The notes: generated by a model not told the origin, from the sequence alone. 63,550 nucleotides of DNA, filler included, from Rhabdomonas costata (GCA_019059605.1; 53 parts of 53 records of this genome joined end to end with filler, not necessarily neighbours in it); one strand, 5' to 3'; shown: positions 1-11,375, numbered from the whole stretch's first letter. Numbers and translations are program-made.

Positions 1-4
1 GGGG

Positions 5-818
5 GTTTTTTAAATGATGAGAATGGGCGAGAGTAGGTTCCTCTTTCCTCTAGGAACGAGGGGGAGACTACAAAGCGAACGGCATTCTGAACTTCTATAG
101 AAGGGGCAGAGTCTCTCTGTTGTAGGTTCTTTTGGGGGACTAGAGTGGAAGGGACCAGTGATAACTAAAATGGGATTTTTTTTGAAAGGTCGCGGTACCT
201 CGGAAGAAGACAAGAGTAAGCACCGTGCAGGCTTCGTGCCGTTCCATAATCTTGAAGCACCTTCACTTCTGCGTGAGCCGTAGCTGTGCTTCCTCTGACT
301 CTCCGTCTTCAGTGCCCTAACCCTTGGGCGCATGGGAGCTTTCTTATACAGCCAGCACGATCCCTTTCGTTCAGTAGCAAGCAACCTTTCGGGCGTGTTT
401 TGTGTTTGTGCGTGATGCTTGTTGTCTCAACTGAGCAATGGTCCTTACAATCTCTTCGGTCGGTTTGGGGCTGGTTGATCCGGGGAACATGGGGGCGCCG
501 TGTGATTAATAACTCCTGTGCCAGCGGTGGCTAGGAGTTCCTGCATTTCCAAGGGCCGGGCCTTGTTGGCCAGGGCTGCCGGGACAGTGGGCCTGAAACA
601 CACACGGTGCTTACTCTTGTCTTCTTCCGAGGTACCGCGACCTTTCAAAAAAAATCCCATTTTAGTTATCACTGGTCCCTTCCACTCTAGTCCCCCAAAA
701 GAACCTACAACAGAGAGACTCTTCCCCTTCTATAGAAGTTCAGAATGCCGTTCGCTTTGTAGTCTCCCCCTCGTTCCTAGAGGAACCCACCCTCGCCCAT
801 TCTCATCATTTAAAAAAC
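5..818. repeat. Imperfect ~220-bp inverted repeat (arms 5-227 and 603-818)
   Basis: Arm 2 is the reverse complement of arm 1 except for 3 substitutions and a 7-bp TTCCTCT duplication in arm 1. Confidence 0.95.
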
Positions 819-2514
819 ACTATCTATTGTAATCCAGACAAAACATACATGAGTAAGCCTCCAAACTTGCATAGAACATGCTTTCCCCCACATCAACACC
901 ATTGAGAATTGCAGTCATATGAGACAGATTTGCACATTCAAGAAATTTCATTTTCCTAAAGTACGGAAGTAGGATTTTCTTACAAACGGTACAGCTTCTT
1001 TGATGGTGAAACTCGTGGGGGGCACAGAACGGTCTGTTTCCGCACGCAAATAATCAGAAAAAAAATACACAGGGAGACGGTTGAAATAAAACACCACAAC
1101 CCNNNNNNNNNNNNNNNNNNNNNNNNNNNNNNNNNNNNNNNNNNNNTTAATTAATTAANNNNNNNNNNNNNNNNNNNNNNNNNNNNNNNNNNNNNNNNNN
1201 NNTGTGTGGGTGATAATTGATTGATGAAGATTGTGCATATGAGTGGAATGCTGACAGGTTTCCTGTAAGGGTAGATGTCCGGACACATCAAACGTTATCG
1301 GCGCTGAAAATCGGCAGCGTTACCTCACGAGCAAGATGCAAGATTAGTGTGGTAAAGAAATTTGGAGGCGAACTACATAGCTGTGGTGCATATGCATCTG
1401 CATCTTCACAAGCCGGATGACTGCCCGCCAGTGCGCGGTGTGCGCATCCTCGGCACCACTGTCTTAGGTATGGTGGATGCGGTTCTCGCTGTGTTTCGCT
1501 GATTATGATGGGCAGAGCACCTCGTTTCCACAGGTGGGGCGTCGGATGGATGTGAATGTGTGTGTCTGTCTCTGCGTGACAGCCGTTTGGGTGCTGAGTG
1601 TTCCTCTGCGAAGGACAAGGCTGCCACTTTGGAGGACTCGCTGCGGGCTGCTGAGGCCGAGTTGGCGGGGCTGCGGCCGCTGCCAGAGGTTGTTGGGCTT
1701 GCTTCTAAGTGGTGCATGCCATTTATCATTGGTCCTGGGATGGTCCCTTGGATCGGTCCTTTCGCAACACCTGAGGCCAACATTGTGCAACAGGAACCAG
1801 CGAAGACAACATGACGTTAGAAGAAATTTTCACACACACCCCCCTCCAAAAACCGCTATAAGGTAAACAACTGACGCCTCTGCTGTGCTCTCCACATTTC
1901 TGTAAACAAGTGTCCATCAATATGGCCCTTCTGAATTCCTGAAACGCCATGGTGAGGTGATGAATCCTACCTCTAGTGCTTTCAGGGAATCCAGGGTGTT
2001 TTTACCTGATCCGGTCGCGTAGCATGCGTTCTGCAGTGAGAGCTTAAGGAAAGGCCCTCAACTTCTTTCCTTGAATCGGATGACGGGAGGATGCGCCGAT
2101 GTCCCTTACAGACAATGTGTGTGGATGCTGAAAAAAAATGTTGGACCAAAATTTGTTGTTGAAAAAACTGCCCTGTGTTACTTGAGGGATGTACGGTGTA
2201 CGTATGTATGGTGCTATAAATACCAATCCTGAATGTCCCCAGGACTTCCCGTTCCTTACATGTGTTTACTCATATCCGATATTCATGGAATACCACCCAC
2301 CCACNNNNNNNNNNNNNNNNNNNNNNNNNNNNNNNNNNNNNNNNNNNNTTAATTAATTAANNNNNNNNNNNNNNNNNNNNNNNNNNNNNNNNNNNNNNNN
2401 NNNNGTGGTTGGTTGTAAAAGGAAAGAAGTGGGGAAATGGTGTCGGAAAATCATGTGGCTCTGTGACGGCACTGTGCGTGTACGATGACCGGGTCACGTG
2501 AAGAGTTTTGTGAC

Positions 2515-3467
2515 CTTCATGTGTGAAACAAAAGTTTGCAAAGCAAATTGGCGGTTTCCTTTATTGACCCTTTCCTGAACACGAAGGTGGACAAACAAAC
2601 AGCTGGGACTACAAACGGCAAGAGCACTGGAATAGGCAGTGGAAAAAGAGCGGTACCACCGAGAACGACGTATCAAATTCGCACTTGCGTCGGCACCAAA
2701 AAAATGATCAAAATGAATGATAAAAACACCTGCAGTGTGCCACGATGGGTGGGTTGTCGCTCGTCTCCGCCTTAATCGCTTCTTGGAGCTTATCGACTCT
2801 TCTCAGCAGACGCAACACGGACATATTCTCCGACGGAACACCAAAGTCAGGCCAACCTATACAAAAACAAAGGGAGGCGTGGAGCCTGGCTCAAAAGGGG
2901 TCAATAGTAGCTGAGTGAATGTCGCACACCCGTGTAGTGAAAGTGCCATATTACACGCGTTTCCCCATTCAACGAGTTGGTGACGTAAAACAGCTTCTCC
3001 ACGAAGTGCTCGTTGCGGTCCTCAGTCTCCAGCCGAACTTCAAAGTCACCATAGCGCGTCATCGAGCCCATCATCGGAGGCCAGTATCGATCACTTTTCG
3101 GCTGAAAAACCCACATTGCAGCTTTTCCTTTTCCAAGGTATCAGAAAACAAAGCGTTTGACAAAAGGGTTGCACACCACTCCATTTTCAAACACATTGCA
3201 AAGCATAACCAGGATCCGGGAGCCGTAGTACCAAACCACATTCCAGAAGTCACCAAAGGTGGTCGGAAGAGGGGCCTGCCCGCAAATGTAGCAGTGCGGA
3301 GTCCCAACAGGCTGAAGAAAAAAGGAAGGAAAAAGACGGTTCAGAAAGTGGAAACCCAAAAGATAAATGCATCACACAAAACAATGATTCGCATACGTCA
3401 ACGAAATTGGCATTAATGTAGTCGTTGTCCAGAGAAACGCCCATCACTCGGCAGCGAGTGCTTTCAT
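2515..3467 (-). CDS. Classical protein tyrosine phosphatase domain, partial, 5 exons (3467-3397, 3311-3177, 3101-2930, 2856-2730, 2626-2515)
   Basis: Frame-consistent GT-AG splicing gives DYINAN, YICGQAPLPTTFGDFWNVVW, ILVMLC, KSDRYWP, HFHYTGWPDFGVP and PIVAHCS motifs in canonical order. Confidence 0.92.
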
Positions 3468-3612
3468 CTAAAGATTGCAATGTTAAAAGAAATTCAGCCC
3501 GACCACCNNNNNNNNNNNNNNNNNNNNNNNNNNNNNNNNNNNNNNNNNNNNTTAATTAATTAANNNNNNNNNNNNNNNNNNNNNNNNNNNNNNNNNNNNN
3601 NNNNNNNTGTGG

Positions 3613-3676
3613 TTGTGACACCCTCCCCCACTAGGAGTTTTCCGGGGTAAACTCCTAGTGGGGGAGGGTGTCACAA
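3613..3676. repeat. Perfect 28-bp hairpin at contig start
   Basis: TTGTGACACCCTCCCCCACTAGGAGTTT / AAACTCCTAGTGGGGGAGGGTGTCACAA with an 8-nt loop. Confidence 0.9.
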
Positions 3677-4355
3677 ACCGGCTTGGTAACCGGCTACCGG
3701 GATGGCTGCTCCGCCAGGAAACCCGGAAACTAAGACCGAGGGATGCGGACCGCTGCTCGGTCCAATCCTCAACAAGGGATCGGGATAAAATCCCCCATAG
3801 CGTTGCCATTGGGATGAAGCCGCTCTTCATTCCCAGCGACCGCCAAGGAGCAAAATGCAAGCAGGGAGGAAAAGGGCCGCAACAAGCCAGTCGGGCACAA
3901 GGTGCCCTAGGTATGGAATGCCAAGCCCCTTGGGGCAAATGATTCCGGCCCACCGGGGTATGGTGGTACCGGAGCGGGAATCATCGGTCAAACCAAACAA
4001 GTCAATCGGTCAAAGCGGTTCCCTCTTAATCGTTGGCTGTGCTGTTGCTTGCATTCGTGCTCTGTGGTACGCTGTGCACCCTTTTGATGGTTACCCCCGT
4101 TTGTTGCCTTCGACTTTGTCTTTTCCAGGGCCCTTCCGGGCCCCAATGAGCTAGAGAGAGGTAGAACCACGGGGCAAAGCCCCAAGAAAATTGGGTTTTC
4201 TTTTATACTTCTTGTGTGTTCAAAACAGAATGTGTGTGGGTTGATTTGTCCTGAAACCAATTATATTTTTATTGCTAATCTTTCTTCGGGTCACCCCTCC
4301 CCCAAATCCTCTGAGGCGGTGTGCCGTTCACCCGCTGATGTCCTAATCCGTCACA
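3660..4355 (+). mobile_element. Putative polypurine tract plus LTR of an LTR retrotransposon
   Basis: GGGGGAGGG is directly followed by TGTCACA. A candidate end ...CCGTCACA lies near 4355. No convincing ORF. The 3' boundary is a guess. Confidence 0.4.
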
Positions 4356-5150
4356 GGTGCCAAGCCTGTCGAGGAACTGGCAGCCTCCCCAAACTAAATC
4401 TCTTTAGAAAGGTGTTTCTTCTGCTTTCCAAAAAGTCAGCGCAAAACTTCTCCGAGGTTGACTGAATCCACCTTGGACTTGTGATTCCTTTTCTGTTAAA
4501 AGGTCAGGTGCACCACTTCCACCCCCGCCCGCTAAACCAGCAGCCGCTGAGCTATTGGAGGCCACGTTCCAGCAGATGGAGCAACAACAGCGTGCGAATC
4601 ATCAGAAATCGCTAGAATTTCCGAGCAGTTCCTCGGCACCAGCACCGGCGGGTGCAGCCGGACATACAGACCCAATTGGAGATGTGCTGCGTAAGCTTCA
4701 AGAAAAACCNNNNNNNNNNNNNNNNNNNNNNNNNNNNNNNNNNNNNNNNNNNNTTAATTAATTAANNNNNNNNNNNNNNNNNNNNNNNNNNNNNNNNNNN
4801 NNNNNNNNNGGTGATGTGTTTGGGTTGTTTGGGTCTGACAAGCGAATTGCCAGGGAAACCGGAGAGCGCGAGTCTCAAACGTGGCCTCACAGAGTGAATG
4901 GTCACGCCAAGATGGCGGGATGATTAGAAATCTAGTTTTATCTAGACAATCGGCCTCAAGATACTGAAAGCACGCAGAACAAAATTCATCCCAGCTCGAT
5001 CTCAGAACCCACCCGCTCTCCAATGCTGAGGTCTAGACACGAACGAGCACTCACAGCAAGGGACGATTCGTGCTCAGCAAAGGCGAAGGCTGCAAAGCCT
5101 CTGCAATTCAGCCTCCTGTCCGGTTCGGTAGACCCTGCAGTTCTCTGAAT

Positions 5151-5896
5151 TCAGAGGGCTTGGGCCGCGGCCGTGAAGACAGGCCTGGCCTGTTCCGCCA
5201 GCTCCTCTGGGAGAACCACAATCAGCTCCGTCTGAAGGCACTTCTGCAGGAAGAAGTCGTCAGTGCGGTAGCTGCAGCCAAAGGCACAACAAAGAATCCA
5301 TAAGTAACGGCGGGGGCTGACAAGGGCTGGGTTAACCCAGTTTCAGCAAACTTTTTATGGGGTTTTTTGTCTGCTATTGCATCCGTGCCTTTTCTCCTTG
5401 GCAACATCGGTGTGCTCCAAGACCCGCGGAGACCAGAATTCCACTGCATATTCCAGGTCTAGTTCTGCCCCGAGCTCCGAGCTCGGGGCGAAAAATCGGT
5501 GCAACTGGAAGAGGTACCCAACCAACCCGACCAAACCTCTCCAGAAGGTCTTAAGGGAGGGCGGGACACTTACTTGGGGTAAGGGTTCTGGCGGGTCAGG
5601 ATTCGAACCACCAGCTGATACCAAGCCGCGGTGCCCGCTTTGGTGGAGTACACCATGCAGTTGTAGCTCAGGTGGCCCATCCCCTCGTACACCTTCAGCG
5701 CCGCGGAGAGCCCTGAGGCAAGCGCGGTCAGGTCGGCCTCCGAGAGCTCCCCCAGGTCACTAGTGCCGAGGTGCACCGCGAGGAGCTCGTTAGAACCGAT
5801 GGGGGCGAAGGGTGCGAGCCAGTGCCAGTTCCCGAGCTGAGCAATGTACCGCTGGCCCAGGCCCCGTTCCCGCTCCACTAGGTCGCTGTGATAGGC
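5151..5896 (-). CDS. Prokaryote-type galactose-1-phosphate uridylyltransferase/HIT-like protein, C-terminal two exons (5896-5574, 5271-5151)
   Basis: ERERGLGQRYIAQLGNWHWLAPFAPIGSNE...LSYNCMVYS...RILTRQNPYPN|YRTDDFFLQKCLQTELIVVLPEELA. Phase-2 intron AA|GTAAGT...GCAG|C, TGA stop. Confidence 0.7.
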
Positions 5897-6011
5897 CTGC
5901 AACAAAAAACANNNNNNNNNNNNNNNNNNNNNNNNNNNNNNNNNNNNNNNNNNNNTTAATTAATTAANNNNNNNNNNNNNNNNNNNNNNNNNNNNNNNNN
6001 NNNNNNNNNNN

Positions 6012-7113
6012 TATCGGTGGGTGGGATGGAGGGTTGGGTCTGTGCGTGGGATTTGCATTCGGTGTCAGGGTTCATGCTTTCGGTCTTCGGTCTTCGTCTT
6101 CGGGTTCAGGGTTCTGCGTTTGCGTTCTGCGTTCTGTCTCAGTGTTGGTCTTGGCATTCCGTCTTTGCTTCTGTCTTTGCTTGTCTGTGTTGGGGGTAAC
6201 TCGCCTCTCAGTTCACGAAGCTCAGTGCAGTGCAGCGTTGGTCACGTGGATCGGATACTACACCACCACAGACGTTCCTTTGCCGTTACCTTACTGCGTC
6301 CCCACCCCAGGTCCCCAGTTCATCCAGCTGAAGCAACGTCAAGATCACAGAGGCTACGCACAACCATAGCATGAGTCACCCGATAGTCACCCTCCCCTTC
6401 CAAACGCCTTCCAAGGTGTCCACGCCACAGCTACTGACAGATAGTGCCACCCGTGCCTCCCACATGGCTATCCCGTTCCACCTACACGTAACCTTCCCCA
6501 TGGGCACACCCACATCCATCTCTCAGGCAATGCAGATAGCGTACTCGCGGCCCTTTCGAGCAAATCCCAATGTAACGTCACCATCCTTGTCTGAAGCGCA
6601 AGAGACCGGAACCCCGACCGAGAACCCTGTACGTAACCTCGAGACACAACAACAGAGACGAGAACCCAGTACATGCAACGATTGGTGGTGGTGAGCGGAG
6701 AGGAAAACCGAGTCACAATGGTGTGGAGAGAGGGAATGGTTGAGCAAGACCGAGACAACACAACAGGAGAACCACAGCACCGAGGGAGGCCAATGTACGG
6801 AGATTCACCACCACAATCGCTAAAGTCCCAAGGTACCATCACCATCCTTGTCGGAAGCGCAAGAGACCTGAACCCACGGAAGTCATCGTCCTCGAACCCG
6901 AACCGAACCCTCACCCCGAAACCAAGCCCCGAACCCGAAACCGAAACCGAATGCCGAAACCCTGCCTACTAAATACGGCCACCTCGTCGCTGGAATAGGC
7001 GTTCCACCCCCTAAACCATGGGCATTGCCGTCATACTACATGCGCCTGCAAAGAAACCGAAAACCAAAAGCCAAACACCCAACGGAAATTCGAAACCCAA
7101 CACCCCAAACACA
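6012..7113. repeat. Degenerate CCGAA[A/C]-type hexamer repeat region with internal ~35-bp direct repeat (about 6580 and 6841)
   Basis: CCGAACCCGAAACCGAAACCGAATG tract near 6890-6960, complementary TTCGG tract near 6055-6140. ACCATCCTTGTC[T/G]GAAGCGCAAGAGACC occurs twice. Confidence 0.6.
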
Positions 7114-7213
7114 NNNNNNNNNNNNNNNNNNNNNNNNNNNNNNNNNNNNNNNNNNNNTTAATTAATTAANNNNNNNNNNNNNNNNNNNNNNNNNNNNNNN
7201 NNNNNNNNNNNNN

Positions 7214-8100
7214 GGTTTGAGTTCCTACGGATAATGCCCGGTACCAAAAGGACATATCCCGTCGAATGGTCCTTGATTGCCCGGCCCATAATCGATAAGA
7301 TGCGCGAACGTTTAGCGACAGTACGCTCATTCACGAAAATGGCGCACCAGACAGCCTTCGATCCCTTGAGCCCTCGATCAAATGGACCGTGTGGCTTCAC
7401 CAACGCTCCAGCGAAATATGGCCTTTGCCTTGCCAACATGTCGGACTTTACCGACCACTACGTCGACGACATTTTTGTCTTTTCGGAAACCTGAGATGAA
7501 CCAATTGCGTCTGATTCTGGAAAGCCCCACGCCGAGAGCAGCTTTTCGTGAAGCTGAAATAGATTTCGTCGGTTACATTGTCGGTAGCAAACATATCCGT
7601 CCAGTTCCGGAAAAATTGCATTCAATTTCGGAGTTGCCAACCCCCAGGAACGTCAAAAAAGTCAGAAGTTTTCTTGAACTTTGCGTCTTCTACCATGGTT
7701 GCGACCCCCTCACCAATTTGCTAGCGAAGAAGAAGTTGCACCGTGGACTAGACAAACAGCAAGCATTCGATGGACTGAAGTCCTACCTTCTTCGGTATGT
7801 CGTCTTGGCCTTTCCGGACCGGAAAAAACCATTCATTCTCAACACCGACGCTTCAGACACGGTAATCAGAGCAATGTTGTTCCAGACTGATGACTCGAAT
7901 CGCCTTCGTATGGTTGTGTGAGTTGAATAAACATAAAGTTAATTACTTAAAAAGAACTGCTGGCTCTCGTCGCTGTCGATCGTTGGAAGCACTGCTTCCG
8001 TGGTGCTAAAGTCGAAGTCTTCATCGACAACACTTGCCTCCTGTACCTTCACACCATGAAGAAGCCGAGCCCCTGCCAGATGTTTGGCTACATCGATTGC
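7214..8100 (+). mobile_element. Decayed Ty3/gypsy pol (RT-RNase H)
   Basis: YVDDIFVFS, IDFVGYIVG...PEKLHSISELPTPRNVKKVRSFL and PDRKKPFILNTDASD, interrupted by stops, frameshifts and deletions. Confidence 0.9.
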
Positions 8101-8420
8101 ATGATTTCGACTTGACCATCACCTACATTCCTGGTGTTGTTGACAACATCATCTCCCGCATTCCCGAGCAATAGGAGAATGGGGACACCTCCACGCCGAA
8201 ACTCGCCAATAATGTGTTCCTGTGTTTTGCTTGACCATCCCGAATCCTGTTGGACGACTGGCTGGAATATTACCGACAGCATCACGAAATCTTCAAATAT
8301 TTTCCCCCACCCCCCNNNNNNNNNNNNNNNNNNNNNNNNNNNNNNNNNNNNNNNNNNNNTTAATTAATTAANNNNNNNNNNNNNNNNNNNNNNNNNNNNN
8401 NNNNNNNNNNNNNNNGGGGT

Positions 8421-9490
8421 TTGTTGGATGCCTACTTTGCCATCGCTGGCCTTCCTGGAAGTGGAGCGGAGCCAGGCACGCACTGCTTCCGGATGGTCAG
8501 CTTCGCCTCGGTGTGCGCCCAAGTGTTTTCGGAGCGGTATGTCCACCCCGACCGCGGGACATGCATGCAGCGGATCTCCGCGATCGGCTCTGCGATGGCG
8601 AAGTCCAACAAGGTGCACGGCAAACGCCTTGCCCACGACCGCAGCGGGCGAAGCCTGAAGAAGCCCCGTGAGGCGTCGTGCAGCACGGCGAGCAGCGGAG
8701 ATGGCCACAGCGAGAGCAGCAGCGGGACGGCGACATCGACGGCTGCCTCTGGGAGCGCGATGCGGTACGGGATCGCTGTTGGCCCTGTGACGGTTGGGGT
8801 GCTGGGCGGGAAGTGCCCAGCATTCGACGTGTGGGGTGCGTCGGTGAACCTTGCGAGCCGGATGAAGGCGTGCCCACCCCGCACACACACACACACACAC
8901 TTTTGGCCGTCGCCTTCTGAGCTCCTTCTCCGTGCGTTCCGTGCGTGGGATCCGCCATTTCACTTTCTGTATGTCTCGCGTTGTGGTATTGTGGAAGATT
9001 CTCTGAAGGTACATGATGTTGCCACATTTTTTTGTAGCCCCGGCATTTGGCTTTGTAGTGTAGCATGGTGGCGCGTTTTTCACGGTTTTGCGCTGCTTGT
9101 AGTCGTGCTCTGTGTGGTAGGAAGGACCGTAATTTTGTTTGCGTTTGGGTTTTCTTTTCGTGTAGTTCTGTGCCCCCCCCCCTCATAATGGCTTTTCGGC
9201 TTGCCCTTCACACTTTCCTTACGCAGTTCCCGCAGCTTCGTCCCTCTGACCACGTCGCTCCATGTCACTTCTCCAATTATGCAACGCCTTGATTCTCTTC
9301 GCTGTGGATGAATGAAATAGCTGACATGGGGGTGGGTGCACAGGCCACGGGGACGCCCTGCCGCATCCACTGCAGCGAGGGGGTGTACCGTACCATCAAT
9401 GCCCTGCCCGACAGCCCCTTTGTGTGGGAGAAGCCCCACAGCACCTTCGCGAAGGGGTTCGGCAACGTGCAGACGTACTTCGTGCGCGGC
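8421..9490 (+). CDS. Class III nucleotidyl (adenylate) cyclase catalytic domain, partial (exons to 8867; 9344-~9490)
   Basis: DAYFAIAGLP, RYGIAVGPVTVGVLG, FDVWGASVNLASRMK|ATGTPCRIHCS and KGFGNVQTYFV. The Asp in FDVWG is the ATP-specifying type. Confidence 0.92.
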
Positions 9491-9624
9491 ACCCACACAC
9501 CCCAAACACAACCCACCNNNNNNNNNNNNNNNNNNNNNNNNNNNNNNNNNNNNNNNNNNNNTTAATTAATTAANNNNNNNNNNNNNNNNNNNNNNNNNNN
9601 NNNNNNNNNNNNNNNNNTTTTGTT

Positions 9625-9832
9625 TGGTCTTTTTTTTCAAGTTTGAATTGCTTGAATCTTGACCGAATTAAAACACGAACATGTTCTGAATTCCCTCTTC
9701 TGGTTTCTCCCCAGTCAAACACGCCCTCTTTTCATATTCATCCACTGTAGCCTGTAGCCCCTGGAACCCAGAACATGTTCGTGTTTTAATTCGGTCAAGA
9801 TTCAAGCAATTCAAACTTGAAAAAAAAGACCA
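9625..9832. repeat. Perfect 64-bp inverted repeat at contig start (9625-9688 / 9769-9832)
   Basis: Arms are exact reverse complements. Arm 1 begins right after a G/T tail. Confidence 0.93.
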
Positions 9833-10096
9833 TGCAAAGCGAAGATACTGCCGTTGGCAAGCCCCGTGCGTGAAATGGCTGTCCTGCTTATTATATAATC
9901 TTAGTAGCGAGTGCGTGGGATCCCCGGAATCAAACCCCACCCCGGCCATTGTGTGGGTCGACGCGGTATGAGGAATCCGGAGTCGAACCGCCACTCTTGG
10001 CAGTTTGCGACAACTTACCCCCCTCTGGGTACCCTCATATTACAATCCTGCTAAAAAGGTGCAAGAGAGGTATTCGCGCACAATGCCAAGGGCAAC

Positions 10097-10410
10097 CTGG
10101 GAGAGTCGGTCAGCCTCGTCAAGGACCAGAAATCTGAAAACCAAATCATTCAATTTCTTTTCGTTGACTAGCATGAACAGTGTTCAACCCAAAGCATCCG
10201 CAGGATTTTGCAGAGTGAACGTTATGAGGCTTCCAAATACGCAAAACGACTTAGGATGCAAAGACGCACAGCCACGTCTCCATCTAAGGTCCAACGGAGA
10301 GGAAGGAAGACACAGCGCGGTTGGGGGAGACCGGATGCCGCTGACATTGAGCTGCCTGGTCTCCAGCATCTGAATCAACCGCCCAGGGGTCCCGACAACG
10401 ATGTCTGCAC
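10097..10410 (-). CDS. DEAD-box RNA helicase, two exons (10410-10332, 10133-10097)
   Basis: ADIVVGTPGRLIQML...NVSGIR|FLVLDEADRL (motifs Ib and II) across a phase-2 GT-AG intron. Confidence 0.9.
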
Positions 10411-10989
10411 CTGAAACGGGCCAATGAAAACGAAGCACGGATGCTCGTATTTTTTCCCCAAAAATTTGGCCCGCAAAATTAAAATCGGTACAAAGTTCGA
10501 GCCAGTGATCCCTGAATGAAGTCACAGATGGAAGAAAACAGTCCGGTCGAATTTTTCCGGATTTAACAACGAAATGTATGAGAGGGCACACCTTCACCTG
10601 CAGCAACCCACCACTCCCCACCACCCGACAACAATCCCACGCCCAACCGGCACAAAACCGACAGCAGCTCCAGGCCCAGATTCACAAGTATCCGGTGCAG
10701 GTTCGCACAACCAAACCCNNNNNNNNNNNNNNNNNNNNNNNNNNNNNNNNNNNNNNNNNNNNTTAATTAATTAANNNNNNNNNNNNNNNNNNNNNNNNNN
10801 NNNNNNNNNNNNNNNNNNTGTTTTGTTTAATCGACGTTGCTCCCTCTCTTGCTTGTGTTTGGTGCGCGTTGTTAATTTGGTTCTACGGATGATGCGCGGA
10901 GGCGCAAGAGCCGGTGCAAAACCGAGCACTTCGTTGAAGCGTTATATCTTTGCTCTGCTGCCGGCGTGGTTGGCCAAAGCTTCGGAGGG

Positions 10990-11375
10990 CATTCTGCCCA
11001 AGACAAAGGGGTAAACTGTATTAACGCCTTAGCCTCGCATTCTCCGTGGTCCCGGGCTAGCAGAAGGCCCCAAGTTATGCAATCGAGGTGGTGGAATGGT
11101 TCGCGAATAACCGGCGCGGATGGACAGAATAGGAACCAAGGAGCCAAGCTCCACACCGCACCGCTTCCTCTTCTGGCCGTGCCTTCCGTCAAACCACCCA
11201 GGCGCCCCTGGCGAACCGCTTCCGGTCTTCATATCCAGCTCTCGCAAAAAAGCGGCGCCCGATATCCCAAGGCCCAAGGGCGCCACGTCGTCCTGCGCGA
11301 CGGTGCGGCACAAGATCTCCGCGCAACATTCAGCACCCCTCTCCCCGCTTGCAATCGCGTACCGGAAATTTTAGC
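10990..11375 (-). mobile_element. Possible highly decayed non-LTR retrotransposon RT (CRE-like)
   Basis: FRYAIASGERGAECCAEIL...LGLGISGAAF...GVELGSLVPIL loosely parallels the Q(F/Y)AVG..GGAE, LDISNAF and GVxQGxPLGP motifs in order. Key residues are lost. Confidence 0.3.

Noticed and set aside
8364..9186. Long antisense ORFs (239 and 229 aa) and similar shadow ORFs such as 52791-53591
   Set aside because: They are GC-rich antisense shadows of real exons or pol, or they run into N linkers.
9625..9832. Perfect hairpin as pre-miRNA, MITE or terminator
   Set aside because: 100% identical arms abutting a primer-like tail at the contig end are typical of a template-switch fold-back.
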